From contig CAVPHD010000003.1 of the NCBI GenBank assembly GCA_963704165.1, forward strand, positions 192,001 to 256,000: a stretch of 64,000 nucleotides of DNA, in the 5' to 3' direction. The notes under the pieces were generated by a model that was not told the DNA's origin, did not search any database, and saw only the letters and a program-made list of their open reading frames with translations. The position numbers and the translations under genes are program-made. How positions within the stretch are numbered: the first letter of the stretch is position 1; each line of letters begins with the position of its first letter. Below, piece after piece: positions 34,653 to 48,493 of the stretch. The DNA is from an uncultured delta proteobacterium (lineage in GTDB: Bacteria; Myxococcota_A; UBA9160; SZUA-336).

Positions 34653-35340
34653 TCTGATCTCGGATCAGCTTTGCGAGGATCTCGAGGGTGCGGACGCGAT
34701 CGGACGTCGAGAGGCTGATCAGATCGCCGATCGTCACACGTCCGTCGACCTGGGCGAGCATGAATCCCTCGTCGGTCCGGAGCTTCAGCTTCATGATCTC
34801 CGCGAGGCTGATCCGCCGGCGCAAGACCCGACCCTGGTCTCCGATCTCCTTCGCCCACGTCTGCGCGCGCTCGGTGCGCACGAGCTGCAGGTAGCCCTGA
34901 ACGTCGAGTCGCTCCGGCTGCGCCTTGGCCACGTCGTTGAGCTCGCGCCAGGCGTCGTCGTAGCGCCCCTCCTTGTAGGCCTGCAGCGCGAGCTGCAGCT
35001 GGGTGTCGGGATCGTCGTCGGTCTCGAACTCGATGATCGGGCTGCTCTTGGGAGTGTCGTCGTCGTCGGTGACGATCCGACCGGCCGTTACGCTCCCGGT
35101 GGATGGCCCCGACGAGTTCCCCGCGGCGCGCGCCGGTCCGGAAGCAGGTGGCGTCTTCTTGCGCGCCCCGCCGTTCTCCTCGTAGGCCGTCTCGAGATAG
35201 TCGTGGACCGCCTGGTTCTCCGGGTCGAGCGCACGCGCCTGCTCCCAGCACGCGATTGCGCCGTCGAGATCGCCCAACCCGTAGTGGTTGAGCCCTCGCT
35301 TCAGCAGGCGCGTCACATCATCGTGTCGGGACTCGCTCAA
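34642..35340 (-). CDS. Tetratricopeptide repeat protein with C-terminal winged-helix-like (DUF4388-type) tail
   Basis: TPRs GDLDGAIACWEQARALDPEN and GRYDDAWRELNDV; C-terminal EGFMLAQVDGRVTIGDLISLS..LEILAKL. Confidence 0.7.
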   Translation of the reverse strand: MSESRHDDVTRLLKRGLNHYGLGDLDGAIACWEQARALDPENQAVHDYLETAYEENGGARKKTPPASGPARAAGNSSGPSTGSVTAGRIVTDDDDTPKSSPIIEFETDDDPDTQLQLALQAYKEGRYDDAWRELNDVAKAQPERLDVQGYLQLVRTERAQTWAKEIGDQGRVLRRRISLAEIMKLKLRTDEGFMLAQVDGRVTIGDLISLSTSDRVRTLEILAKLIRDQIIE

Positions 35341-35349
35341 CGCCGGATC

Positions 35350-36930
<1,581 letters not shown>

Positions 36931-36954
36931 CTCTTCCTCATGACTCGAAGCTCT

Positions 36955-37968
36955 TCATAGGGTCTGCAAGGCCTGACGGACTTCCTTGTCCATCGGATCG
37001 AGCTCCCAGGCGCGCTGCAGGTGCTTGCGCGCCTTCTGCACGTCGCCTGCCTGCCGATAGATGGACCCGAGCGACTTCCGGAAGCGCAGGTTGTCTTCGT
37101 CCAGCGATGCCGCGCGTTCGCCGTACAGCGCGGCCTTCGCGAGGTCGCCCACCGACTCGAAGAGCAGGACCGACAGCTGGTGCGCGAGCTCGGCGTCGGT
37201 CGGACAGAGCTGCGAGGCTTCCTCGAGCAGCTCCGCCGCTCCGACGCGGTCGCCGTGAAGCAAGAGGTCCGCCTTGCGCCGGACGTCGGCCGCGCGCTCG
37301 GAGTTCGCGCGCGGAAGCAGATCCGCGAGCTCGTCGTGGTACTGCTTCTCGCGCGGGTCGAACGCGAGCGCGAGTTCGACGAGCTGCGCCGCCCGAGTCC
37401 ACGAGCCCGCCGCCTTCTGCTGAAGCGCCGCCTCGAAGTGCTTGCGCGCGCGCGCGCGGCTCTGTTCGAGCGCGTTCTCCAGGGCACTGAGCACGAGCCC
37501 CGGAGACTGCAGGCCCAGGCGATTGCGGAGCGACGATCCGCGGCCACCCGGAGGCGCCGATGTCCGCCTCGGCGCAGCTCGCGGCGGAGTAGCGGTCGGT
37601 CGCGACTTCGCGGCGGCGTTTGGCTCGGGCAGCGACTTCTGATAGCTCGATCGCAGCTTCGGATCGCGGAGCACGTCGTGTGCAGCGACGATGCGCTTGT
37701 AGATCTCGTTCAGGAGCGCCGCATACGGTCCGAGCTCCTTCGTGAAGTAGCGATCCGGATGGAACACCTTCGAGCGCTCGAAGAACGCATCGCGGATCTC
37801 CTCCGGCGACGCGGTGCGGGCAACACCGAGGAGCTGGAAGTAGTCGAGCTCGGGAAGCACGCGCGCGAGCTCTCGGATCTCCGCCTGAAAGGCGTCCGGC
37901 AGGTCCACGCGCACGTTCGTCCGCGAAGCCTCGGTAGAGGCCACTCCGCGGTCGTGGCTCGAGCTCAT
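36955..37968 (-). CDS. J-domain protein with C-terminal TPRs
   Basis: DYFQLLGV...SKVFHPDRY J-domain; TPR helices at the C-terminus. Confidence 0.88.
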   Translation of the reverse strand: MSSSHDRGVASTEASRTNVRVDLPDAFQAEIRELARVLPELDYFQLLGVARTASPEEIRDAFFERSKVFHPDRYFTKELGPYAALLNEIYKRIVAAHDVLRDPKLRSSYQKSLPEPNAAAKSRPTATPPRAAPRRTSAPPGGRGSSLRNRLGLQSPGLVLSALENALEQSRARARKHFEAALQQKAAGSWTRAAQLVELALAFDPREKQYHDELADLLPRANSERAADVRRKADLLLHGDRVGAAELLEEASQLCPTDAELAHQLSVLLFESVGDLAKAALYGERAASLDEDNLRFRKSLGSIYRQAGDVQKARKHLQRAWELDPMDKEVRQALQTL

Positions 37969-38084
37969 CCCGTCTCCACTCCGATGCGCAAGTTCGCATC
38001 GAAGCTATCGGGGAGGCTCGCACCGAAGTTGAGAGCGCGGGTCACCCATCGCCGCGATTGGCGAGGCTGTCGCGTTGCCGGCGA

Positions 38085-39010
<926 letters not shown>

Positions 39011-39033
<23 letters not shown>

Positions 39034-39886
39034 GCTTCGTCCCCACGCCGCCATCGGTGAAGATCTCGAGCAGGAGTGCGTGCGGCACGCGCCCGTCGAT
39101 GATGTGAGCAGCGGTCACGCCGCGCTCGAGCGCGTGAACCGCGCACTCGAGCTTGGGAATCATGCCACCCTTCACGGTGCCGATCCCGATCGCGTCGCGA
39201 ACCTGTGCTTCGCTCATCTGCGCGATCAGCGTCTTGTCTTCGTCGAGCACGCCGACCACGTCCGTCAGCAGGATCAACTTCTCGGCCGAGAGCGCTTCGG
39301 CGATCGCGCCTGCGGCGGTATCGGCGTTCACGTTGTAGGTCGCTCCCGCACCATCGACGCCGACGGGCGCGATCACGGGGATGAAGCCGTCCTTGGTCAA
39401 CGTGCGAATCAGCGAGACGTCGACGCGCTCGGGCGTCCCGACGCGGCCGAGGTCGCGCCCGCCCGGACCGAGCAGCTTGCGCACGCGCAGGAAACCGCCC
39501 GAATCCTTCCCGGTCAGTCCGATCGCCCGACCGCCGGCGTCGCCGATCAGCGACACGATCTCGGCGTTGATCTGACCGCCGAGCACCATCTCGACCACTT
39601 CCATGGTCTCGTCGTCGGTCACGCGCACGCCATCGACGAACTCGGACTGCTTTCCGAGGCGCGTGAGCATCCGCCCGATCTGCGGCCCCCCGCCGTGAAC
39701 GATCACGGGCCGCAGACCGATGAACCGGAGCAGTGTCACGTCGGTGGCGAACGACGACTTCAAGGCGTCGTTCTCCATCGCGGCGCCGCCGTACTTGATG
39801 ACGACCGTCTTGTCGCTGAATGTGCGGATGTACGGCAGCGCCTCGACGAGGATCTTCGCCTTGCGGATCAGCTCTTCCATGTCCAT
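39011..39886 (-). CDS. argB: Acetylglutamate kinase
   Basis: [37 protein letters not shown]. Confidence 0.96.
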
Positions 39887-41202
39887 CTAGAGGATGAACC
39901 GGGAGAGTTCCCGGTCACCCGCGATGTCGGCGAGGCTTTCGCGCACGCGCGCGCCGTCGAAGACGACCGAGGTACCGCCGAGATCGGGCGCCTCGAAGAG
40001 CGTCTCGTCGAGCAGGCGTTCGAGCACCGTGTGGAGTCGCCGCGCGCCGATGTTCTCGGTGGACTGGTTCACGAGCGCGGCGATCCGCGCGATCTCGCGG
40101 ATCGCGTCCGGCTTGAACGACAGGGTCACGCCCTCGGTCGCCAGGAGCGCCTCGTACTGCTTCACGAGCGCATTGTGTGGCTCCTCGAGGATCCGCACAA
40201 ACGCCGCCTCGTCGAGGTTCTCGAGCTCGACGCGGATCGGAAAACGACCCTGCAGTTCCGGAATCAGATCGGACGGGCGCGAGGTGTGAAACGCCCCGGC
40301 GGCGATGAAGAGCACGTGGTCGGTTCGCACGGTTCCGTGCTTGGTCTGTACGCTCGTGCCCTCGACGATCGGCAGCAGATCACGCTGCACGCCCTCGCGC
40401 GAGACGTCCGGACCCCCGTGCCCTTCGCGGCGGGCGATCTTGTCGATCTCGTCGATGAAGACGATTCCGGTCTGCTCGACGCGCTGCACCGCCTTCTCGC
40501 GGACGGAATCCGGATCGAGCATGCGAGCGGCTTCGTCGTCGCGAAGCAGCTCGCGCGCCTGCGCGACCTTCACGCGCCGCGCCCGCGTCTTCTTCGGCAG
40601 GAGCCCCCCATCATGTCCTTCAGCGCGACGCCGATGTCCTCGACGCCCGGCGGCGAGAAGATCTCGAGCCCGGTTCCCGCGCGCTCGGGCAGGTCGATCT
40701 CGACTTCTCGCTCCTCGAGTTCGCCGGCGCGAAGCATCTCGCGCATGCGCTCGCGCGTGGTGTCGGGCGAGGAGCCCGCACCGGGTTTTCGCGGGAAGAG
40801 CGCATCGAGCAGCCGCTCCTCGGCAATCCGCTCGGCGGAGGCGCGGACCTTCTCCATCTCCTCTTCGCGCACGAGCTTCATGCCGACCTCGACGAGATCG
40901 CGAACGATCGACTCGACGTCCCGGCCGACGTAGCCGACCTCGGTGAACTTCGAGGCTTCGACCTTGCTGAACGGCGCCGCCGCGAGCTTCGCGAGGCGAC
41001 GCGCGATCTCGGTCTTGCCGACGCCGGTCGGCCCGATCATCAGGATGTTCTTCGGCTGGATCTCGTCCCGGAGCTCGCCCTCGACCTGCTGCCTTCGCCA
41101 GCGGTTTCGCAGCGCGATCGCGACGGCCCGCTTCGCGGCGTTCTGACCGACGATGTAGCGGTCGAGCTCCGACACCACCTCGCGCGGGGTGAAGGTCTTC
41201 AT
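39887..41202 (-). CDS. hslU: ATP-dependent protease ATPase subunit; one base missing in a G-run near 40604-40609
   Basis: [13 protein letters not shown] and [11 protein letters not shown] in one frame; [35 protein letters not shown] in the other. Confidence 0.93.
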
Positions 41203-41747
41203 GACTCGAGCTCCTCGACGGTGATCTGGTCGTTCGTGTACAGGCAGATCTCGGCGGCGATGCGCAGCGCCCGTTCGGCGATCTCGCGCGCGGAGAGCTC
41301 GGTCGCATCCATGAGCGCCCTCGCGGCCGCGAGCGCGTACGGGCCGCCCGAGCCGATCGCCGTGACGCCGCTGTCGGGCTCGATCACGTCGCCGTTGCCG
41401 GAGATCACCAGCAGGTCCTGCGCGTCCGCGACGATCAAGAGCGCCTCGAGACGCCTCATCATCCGGTCGGTACGCCAGTCCTTGGCGAGCTCGACCGCGG
41501 CGCGGCGCAAGATCCCGCCACGCTCCTCGAGCTTGGCCTCGAATCGCTCCGCGAGCGCGAACGCATCGGCCGTGGAGCCGGCGAAGCCCGCGAGGACTCT
41601 TCCACCGCGCAGGCGCTGGATCTTGCGCGCGGTCCGCTTCATCACGGTGGTGCCCATCGTGACCTGACCGTCTCCGGCGATCACGACGCGACCGCCGCGG
41701 CGGACGGCGACGACGGTGGTTCCATGGAACTCGACGGACTTCGTCAT
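41199..41747 (-). CDS. hslV: ATP-dependent protease peptidase subunit
   Basis: HGTT N-terminal nucleophile, [21 protein letters not shown]. Confidence 0.96.
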   Translation of the reverse strand: MTKSVEFHGTTVVAVRRGGRVVIAGDGQVTMGTTVMKRTARKIQRLRGGRVLAGFAGSTADAFALAERFEAKLEERGGILRRAAVELAKDWRTDRMMRRLEALLIVADAQDLLVISGNGDVIEPDSGVTAIGSGGPYALAAARALMDATELSAREIAERALRIAAEICLYTNDQITVEELES

Positions 41748-42655
41748 GCTTTCTCGGTTCCCTTGGCGCGAGGGTGCGCCTGGCGATAGACCCGCGCCAG
41801 GCGCTCGGCCGAAACGTGGGTATAGCGCTGAGTCGTGGAGAGTCGCTCGTGTCCGAGCAGCTCCTGGATCGCGCGAAGGTCGACGTCGGCATCGAGCAGG
41901 TGCGTGGCGTAGGAATGGCGCAGCGTGTGCGGGCTCGCCGGTCGGGCGATCCCCGCCACGAGCATCCTGCGGCGCAGGATCACGCGCACGCCGCGCTCGG
42001 ACAGCGCGAGACCGCGCGCGTTCGTGAAGAGGGGCTTTGCGAGCAGACCCTGGGGTTCGCGGAGACCGAGCCAGGCAAGGAGCGCTTCGCGCGCCTTCGC
42101 GGGCACCGGAACGATCCGCTCCTTGCTGCCCTTGCCGAGCACACGGAGCTCCCGCCGGTCGGCGTACCAATCGCGAACGCGCAGGCGAGAAAGCTCGCCG
42201 ACGCGCAGGCCGGTGCCGTAGAGCAGCTCGAAAAGAGCGCGGTCGCGGACCGCGAGTCGAGGCGCCCGGTCCCGCTCCTCGGCTTCGACCAGGGTCTCGC
42301 AGTCCTCGGCCGAGAGTGGCGCCGGCAGCCGTCGCTCTGCCTTCGGCCCCGGGAGTCCCTCGGTCGGATCGGCCACGCGGTCGCCGCCGCGCACGCGGAA
42401 GCGGAAGAACGCGCGCAGCGCGGCGAGTCGGCGATTGCGCGTGGAGGGCTTGTGCGTCCGGTGAAAGCTCGCGAGGTAGGAACGGACTGCGAGCGCGTCG
42501 ATCTGGTCGAGTCCGCCACTTCGCGCGCATTCGGGTCGCTCGGCCAGCCGCGCCGCCTCCGAGAGATACGCGCGCAGCGTGTGTTTCGAGAGTCCACGCT
42601 CGGCCTCGAGATGGCGTGAAAATGCGGCAATCGCGCGAGCGTCGGCGCTCGTCAC
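41744..42655 (-). CDS. xerC: Tyrosine recombinase XerC
   Basis: [40 protein letters not shown]; canonical trmFO-xerC-hslV context. Confidence 0.9.
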   Translation of the reverse strand: MTSADARAIAAFSRHLEAERGLSKHTLRAYLSEAARLAERPECARSGGLDQIDALAVRSYLASFHRTHKPSTRNRRLAALRAFFRFRVRGGDRVADPTEGLPGPKAERRLPAPLSAEDCETLVEAEERDRAPRLAVRDRALFELLYGTGLRVGELSRLRVRDWYADRRELRVLGKGSKERIVPVPAKAREALLAWLGLREPQGLLAKPLFTNARGLALSERGVRVILRRRMLVAGIARPASPHTLRHSYATHLLDADVDLRAIQELLGHERLSTTQRYTHVSAERLARVYRQAHPRAKGTEKA

Positions 42656-43992
42656 GGCTGCACGGGGACCGCGCGGACCGCCCGCGTCCAGGACTCGAGG
42701 TCCGCGAGCGCGCGATCCGCGATCCGGACGTTGCGCTCGCGCCGCGGAGCGCGCGCCGCCTCGCCCTCGAGTGGCGGGAACAGGCCGAAGTTCACGTTCA
42801 TGGGTTGGAAGTGGCGCGGATTCGCCTCGCGCAGGTGCCGGAGCAGCGCACCGAGCGCCGTCGTCGTCGGGGGAATCGGTGCCTCGGACGCACCCGCCTT
42901 CGCGGCGACGAAGACGCCGGCGAGCAGGCCGAGCGCGGCGGACTCGACGTAGCCTTCGACGCCGGCCATCTGCCCCGCGAAGTGGAGCCCCGGACGTCCG
43001 CGGTGCTGAAGTCGCTCGTCCAGGAGCAGCGGCGCGCGGATGAACGTGTTGCGATGCACGGAGCCGAAGCGCGCGAAGACGGCGTTGGCCATGCCCGGCA
43101 GGGCGCGGAAGATCCGTTTCTGTTCGCCCACCTTCATCTTGGTCTGGAATCCGACGAGGTTGTAGAGCGTGCCCGCCTTGTCCTCCTGGCGCAGCTGAAC
43201 GACCGCATACGGTGCAGGGCCGCCGCGTCGATCCTCGAGCCCGACGGGCTTCATCGGGCCGAACGAGAGCGTCTCCGCTCCGCGCTCGGCCATCACTTCG
43301 ATCGGCAGGCAGCCCTCGAAGTACTGCGGCTTCTCGAACGGGTGCAGCGGTGTCTTCTCGGCGGCGAGGAGCTCCGAGACGAACGCGTGATACTCGTCGC
43401 GCGAGAGCGGGATGTTCAGGTAGTCGCCGTCGTCCTCGGCCGGATCGCGCCACCGCGAGGCGCGGAAGATCACGTCGAGATCGAGGCTGTCGGCGTGAAC
43501 GACGGGCGCGATCGAGTCGTAGAAGTAGAGCGCATCACCGCAGAGCTTCTGCACTTCCGCGGCGAGCGCGTCGCTGGTGAGCGGTCCGGTCGCGAGGATC
43601 GCGAGACCCTCGGGAAGCTCGCTCACTTCACGGCGCACGAGCTCGATCGCCGGCTCCGCTTCGATCCGCTCGGTGATCGCGTTCGCGAACGCGATCCGGT
43701 CCACGGCCAGCGCCGATCCCGCGGGAACGCGATTGGCGTCGGCGGCCGCAAGCACGAGCGAGCCCGCGCGACGCAGCTCCTCGTGGAGAAGTCCGACCGC
43801 GTTCTCGCGCGCATCCGAGCGCAGGCTGTTCGAGCAGACGAGCTCTCCGAGCGCATCGGTCGAGTGGGCCGGCGATGTGCGCTCGGGCCGCATCTCGAAC
43901 AGGCGCACCGACACGCCCCTTCGCGCGAGCTGCCACGCGGCCTCACAGCCCGCGAGCCCTCCACCGACCACGGAAACGTGTTGCGACTCCAC
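42652..43992 (-). CDS. trmFO: Folate/FAD-dependent tRNA m5U54 methyltransferase
   Basis: [49 protein letters not shown]. Confidence 0.96.
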   Translation of the reverse strand: MESQHVSVVGGGLAGCEAAWQLARRGVSVRLFEMRPERTSPAHSTDALGELVCSNSLRSDARENAVGLLHEELRRAGSLVLAAADANRVPAGSALAVDRIAFANAITERIEAEPAIELVRREVSELPEGLAILATGPLTSDALAAEVQKLCGDALYFYDSIAPVVHADSLDLDVIFRASRWRDPAEDDGDYLNIPLSRDEYHAFVSELLAAEKTPLHPFEKPQYFEGCLPIEVMAERGAETLSFGPMKPVGLEDRRGGPAPYAVVQLRQEDKAGTLYNLVGFQTKMKVGEQKRIFRALPGMANAVFARFGSVHRNTFIRAPLLLDERLQHRGRPGLHFAGQMAGVEGYVESAALGLLAGVFVAAKAGASEAPIPPTTTALGALLRHLREANPRHFQPMNVNFGLFPPLEGEAARAPRRERNVRIADRALADLESWTRAVRAVPVQP

Positions 43993-44015
43993 GCGCGGAG
44001 GATAGCTCGCATGCG

Positions 44016-45101
44016 TCAGGCGGGCCGCGTTCGAGCGAGCCGCGCGCCCTCTCGACGCAGGAGTCCCGCGAGCTCGAGATCGAGCAGGACTCCGGAGAGC
44101 TCGGCGGGACCTCGACCGAGCTCCCGCGCGATGTCGTCCGCGTCGCGTGGACCGTCGGACAGAAGCGCGAGGACGGCGCGGCCGGCGTCGCCCTCGGCCC
44201 CGGGCTCGTCGTGCACCGGCCGCGCTCGCCGGGCGAGCGGACCGAGCACGGCCTCGATCGCATCGGCCGACTCGAGCACCGGAGTCGCGCCGTCGCGGAG
44301 CAGGCGATTCGTGCCGCGCGAGAGATCCGAGTCGATCGGCCCGGGGACGACGAGAACTTCACGGCCCTGCTCGAGAGCATGGCGCGCGGTCCAGAGCGAA
44401 CCGCTCTTCTCGCGCGCCTCGACGATCAGCGTCGCGGCCGCGAGGCCGCTGATCAGTCGATTGCGTTCCGGGAAGTGGTGCGGATGCGCACCCTCGCCGG
44501 GGGCGTGTTCCGAGAGCCACGCGCCGCCCGCGTCGAGGATGCGATTCGCGAGCCGGCGCTGACCGGTCGGTGTCACGCGGTCGAGGCCCGAGGCGAGAAC
44601 GGCGACCGTGTGGCCGCCACCCTCGAGCGCGCCCTCGTGCGCGGCTGCGTCGATGCCGTAGGCAAGACCGCTGACGACCGAGATGCCCGCGGCCGCGACG
44701 TCTCGCGCGAAGTCTCGCGCACTCGCGAGGCCGCGCGCCGATCCCCTTCGCGCGCCGACGATCGCGAGCGCCGGCCGGCCCGGCAGCGCGCCTCGGAGCC
44801 AGACCACGAGCGGCGGATCCGGAATCACCGTCAAGACGTCGGGAAAGTCGGGAGATCCCGGTGCGAGCGCGCGGATCCCGTGAACGCGCGCGTCGGCAAG
44901 AACGCGCTTCGCCGCGGGAGCTTCGCGCGCCCGCTCGACGGCCGCCGCCAGCGCGGGCGCCAGCCAGGCTTCGCGTGTCTTCGCGCGCGCATGGAAGAGC
45001 GCGGCAGCGGAGCCGAATCGCGCGATCAGACGCTGTGCATGTGCGCGCCTCAACCCCGGCAGGCGCGCGAGCTCGACGCGCGCGGCGACTTCCTCGTCCA
45101 C
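44016..45101 (-). CDS. dprA: DNA-processing protein DprA
   Basis: [39 protein letters not shown]; start (GTG 45101) approximate. Confidence 0.93.
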   Translation of the reverse strand: MDEEVAARVELARLPGLRRAHAQRLIARFGSAAALFHARAKTREAWLAPALAAAVERAREAPAAKRVLADARVHGIRALAPGSPDFPDVLTVIPDPPLVVWLRGALPGRPALAIVGARRGSARGLASARDFARDVAAAGISVVSGLAYGIDAAAHEGALEGGGHTVAVLASGLDRVTPTGQRRLANRILDAGGAWLSEHAPGEGAHPHHFPERNRLISGLAAATLIVEAREKSGSLWTARHALEQGREVLVVPGPIDSDLSRGTNRLLRDGATPVLESADAIEAVLGPLARRARPVHDEPGAEGDAGRAVLALLSDGPRDADDIARELGRGPAELSGVLLDLELAGLLRREGARLARTRPA

Positions 45102-45152
45102 TTCGTCTCCGCGGGACCGCGCGGGGTGACCGGCCGCTAGAGTAGCCGGCAC

Positions 45153-45845
45153 ATGTCGCCCTCGCCTGCCGATTCCCCGCGCGCGCTCCTCCTGCCCTAC
45201 GCGCTTCCCTACCTGATCTACGTGGGACTCGGCTCGGTCTTCGACAGCCGTGCCGAGCCGCTCGCGCTGTACGGCGCGCGAGCGCTGCTGGTCACGGCCG
45301 CGCTTCTCTTTGGTTCGCGCCGCTGGCTCCCGCTTCGGGGTCCCAAGGGCGTGCTCGGCTCGATCGCCGTCGGTGCCGCGGTCGGCCTCGTCGGCACCGG
45401 GCTCTGGATCGCGCTTGCCGCCCCCTTCAGGGTCGCCGATGCCGTCGCGTGGTCCGACGCGGCCTGGCTCGCACGCGCGCTGGTCGCGACCACGTTGCCA
45501 CCGCTCGTCGAGGAGCCGCTTCTGCGCGGCTACGTCTTCGGCGGGGTCTTGCTCGTCGAGCGCAGCCGGCGCGCGGGCCTGGCGATCGGGGACGCGATGG
45601 ATCACCGCTCACTTCGCGAGATCGCCCCCGGGGAGTGGAGTCTGCTCGCGGTCGCGATCTCGACCGCGGCCTTCGCCTCCGGCCATGCGCCCTCGGAGTG
45701 GCTCGCAGCGAGCGCCTATGGTCTCTTGATGTGCGGCCTCTGGATCGCGCGCGGCGACCTCGTATCATGCGTTTCGGCCCACGCGTTCACGAACGCAGCT
45801 CTGGCCGTGTACGTGCGCGCGACCGGAAGCTGGGCACTTTGGTGA
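45153..45845 (+). CDS. CPBP (CAAX prenyl protease-related) intramembrane glutamic protease
   Basis: VEEPLLRGY, FASGH..EW, AHAFTN motifs; multiple TM helices. Confidence 0.85.
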   Translation: MSPSPADSPRALLLPYALPYLIYVGLGSVFDSRAEPLALYGARALLVTAALLFGSRRWLPLRGPKGVLGSIAVGAAVGLVGTGLWIALAAPFRVADAVAWSDAAWLARALVATTLPPLVEEPLLRGYVFGGVLLVERSRRAGLAIGDAMDHRSLREIAPGEWSLLAVAISTAAFASGHAPSEWLAASAYGLLMCGLWIARGDLVSCVSAHAFTNAALAVYVRATGSWALW

Positions 45846-45862
45846 GCCCGACAGAGGACGAG

Positions 45863-48493
45863 ATGCCCGAGATTCCACAGAGCTACGAGTTCGCCAGAGC
45901 GGAGCGCGAGTGGTCCGAGCGCTGGGAGCGCGACGGCATCCACCGCTACGATCCGAGTCGAAGTCGCGCCGAGACCTTCGCCGTCGACACCCCGCCGCTC
46001 ACCGTCTCCGGCTCGCTGCACATCGGACACGCGTTCAGCTTCACGCAGGCCGATGTGATCGTCCGCTATCAGCGCATGACCGGGAAGAACATCGCCTACC
46101 CGATCGGTTGGGACGACAACGGTCTCGCCACCGAGCGACGCGTACAGAACGTGTTCGGCATCCGGCCCGACCCGCGCAAGGCCCACGACCCGAACTGGAA
46201 GCCGACGCGCGAGCGCGCCAAGGACGCGCCGCTCGAGGAGGTCTCGCGGCGGAACTTCGTCGAGGCCTGCGGACTGATCACGGCCGAGGACGAGCGCGCG
46301 TTCGAGGAAGTCTGGCGCCGCGTCGGGCTCTCGGTCGATTGGACGACGCAGTACGCGACCATCGACGAGCACTGCCGACGCGTGTCGCAGCTCTCGTTCC
46401 TCGACCTGGTCGCGCGCGGCGAGGTGTATCAGAAGTACGCGCCGACGATGTGGGACGTCGACGACCGAACGGCCGTCGCGCAGGCCGAGGTCGAGGATCG
46501 CGAGCAGCCGGGCGCGTATCACGATCTGCGCTTCGCGGTCGAAGGCGGCGGGGAGTTCGCGATCTCGACCACACGGCCCGAGCTGCTCGGCGCCTGTGTG
46601 GCGGTGGTCGCGCACCCCGGTGACGAACGCTACCAGCGATACTTCGGCAAGTCGGCGCGCACGCCGCTCTTCCACGCGCTCGTGCCGATCCTGTCGTCGG
46701 AGCATGCCGACCCCGAAAAGGGCACCGGCATCCTGATGGTCTGCACGTTCGGCGACCAGGCCGACGTGGAGTTCTGGAGGGGCCGCGACCTGCCGCTGCG
46801 CCAGCTGATCGGCATCGATGGCCGCATGCGCGCCGTGACGTTCGGCGAAGCCCCCTTCGAGAGTGCGGATCCGGCGCGCGCACGCGAGGCGTGGTCGGCT
46901 CTCGAGGGCAAGACGGTGAAGCAGGCGCAGGCGCGCAGCGTCGAGCTTCTGCGAAGCGAAGGCGCACTAGTCGGCGAGCCGCGTCCGATCACGCACCCGG
47001 TGAAGTACTACGAACGCGGCTCGCGTCCGCTCGAATTCGTTCCGACACGACAGTGGTTCATCCGCTTGCTGCAACACAAAGAGGCGTTCCTCGAGCAGGG
47101 GCGGAAGATCGAGTGGCGGCCGGCGTTCATGCGCGCGCGATACGAGAATTGGGTGCAGGGACTGAACCAGGACTGGTGCGTGAGCCGCCAGCGCTACTCG
47201 GGCGTTCCGTTTCCGGTCTGGTACCCGCTCGGCGCGAACGGGGCGCCCGACTACGATCGCCCGATCTTCGCCGCGAAGGACGCGCTACCCGTCGATCCGA
47301 TGTCTTCGACGCCCTCCGGCTACGTCGAGGCGCAGCGCGATCAGCCCGGCGGGTTCGCCGGGGATCCCGACGTGATGGACACTTGGGCCACGTCGTCGCT
47401 CACTCCGCAGATCGTGAGCCACTGGCCCCTCGACCCGAAGCGGCACGAGAGCCTCTTCCCGATGGACATGCGCCCGCAGTCGCACGAGATCATCCGCACC
47501 TGGGCGTTCTACACGATCGTGAAGGCGTGGATGCACGAGCGGAAGATCCCCTGGCGCAACGTCGTCGTCTCGGGCTGGATCCTCGATCCCGACCGCAAGA
47601 AGATGTCGAAGTCGAAGGGCAACGTGGTGACGCCGATGGCCCTGTTCGAGACGCACTCCGTCGACGCCGTGCGCTACTGGGCCGCGCGCGCGCGGCTCGG
47701 TGTCGATACCGCGCTCGACGAGCAGGTCATGAAGCTGGGACGCCGGCTCGCGAACAAGCTGGCCAACGCCGGACGGTTCGCGCTCCTGCAACTCGAACGC
47801 GCGGGCGCGAGCACGACATCGCATCCGCCCTCGCACATCACGCATCCGCTCGACGTCGATTTCGCGGCGAAGCTCGCGGCGCTGGTCGAGCGCGCCACGC
47901 GCTGCTTCGCCGACTTCGAGTTCGCGCCCGCGCTGCAGGCCTGCGAAGAGACTTTCTGGGACTTCTGCGACAACTACCTCGAGATCGTGAAGGTTCGCGC
48001 GTACGCGGAATCGGCATCCGACGGACGGGAGTCCGCACTCGCGACGCTTCAGCTCGCACTGCGCGTCTTCCTGCGCCTGTTTGCGCCGGTGATGCCCTAC
48101 GTGACCGAAGAGGTCTGGTCGTGGCGCTTCGCGGGTGCCGGACGCGAGAAGTCGATCCACACGAGCGCCTGGCCGACGGCGAGCGATTTCGAGGGCATCG
48201 CGCTCGCGCGCGCGGGCCGCGCCTACGATGCAGCGCGCGAGGTCTCGGCCGCGATCCGCGGCGCGAAGACGAGCGCGAAGAAGAGCCTGCGCTGGCCGGT
48301 CGCGCGGCTCGAGGTTCGGGGAGGCGACGCCGAGCTCGCAGCGCTGCGCGCGGTCCTCTCGGACGTGCTCGGCGCCGGCAGCGTGGATGCCTCGGCGTGC
48401 TCGCTCGAGCCGGGAACGGCCGACGAGGGCGCGCTCTTCGCGACCTCGATCGAGCTCGCCGAGCAAGCGGCGGAGCCCGGCACCCCGAGCTAG
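45863..48493 (+). CDS. valS: Valine--tRNA ligase (archaeal/actinobacterial-like type)
   Basis: DTPPLTVSGSLHIGH, GWDDNGL, DWCVSRQR, DTWATSSLTP, KMSKSKGN; no C-terminal coiled coil. Confidence 0.94.
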   Translation: MPEIPQSYEFARAEREWSERWERDGIHRYDPSRSRAETFAVDTPPLTVSGSLHIGHAFSFTQADVIVRYQRMTGKNIAYPIGWDDNGLATERRVQNVFGIRPDPRKAHDPNWKPTRERAKDAPLEEVSRRNFVEACGLITAEDERAFEEVWRRVGLSVDWTTQYATIDEHCRRVSQLSFLDLVARGEVYQKYAPTMWDVDDRTAVAQAEVEDREQPGAYHDLRFAVEGGGEFAISTTRPELLGACVAVVAHPGDERYQRYFGKSARTPLFHALVPILSSEHADPEKGTGILMVCTFGDQADVEFWRGRDLPLRQLIGIDGRMRAVTFGEAPFESADPARAREAWSALEGKTVKQAQARSVELLRSEGALVGEPRPITHPVKYYERGSRPLEFVPTRQWFIRLLQHKEAFLEQGRKIEWRPAFMRARYENWVQGLNQDWCVSRQRYSGVPFPVWYPLGANGAPDYDRPIFAAKDALPVDPMSSTPSGYVEAQRDQPGGFAGDPDVMDTWATSSLTPQIVSHWPLDPKRHESLFPMDMRPQSHEIIRTWAFYTIVKAWMHERKIPWRNVVVSGWILDPDRKKMSKSKGNVVTPMALFETHSVDAVRYWAARARLGVDTALDEQVMKLGRRLANKLANAGRFALLQLERAGASTTSHPPSHITHPLDVDFAAKLAALVERATRCFADFEFAPALQACEETFWDFCDNYLEIVKVRAYAESASDGRESALATLQLALRVFLRLFAPVMPYVTEEVWSWRFAGAGREKSIHTSAWPTASDFEGIALARAGRAYDAAREVSAAIRGAKTSAKKSLRWPVARLEVRGGDAELAALRAVLSDVLGAGSVDASACSLEPGTADEGALFATSIELAEQAAEPGTPS

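Noticed and set aside
41744..42655. Tyrosine recombinase as a phage or ICE integrase
   Set aside because: Canonical trmFO-xerC-hslV context; no att repeats, tRNA or phage genes nearby.
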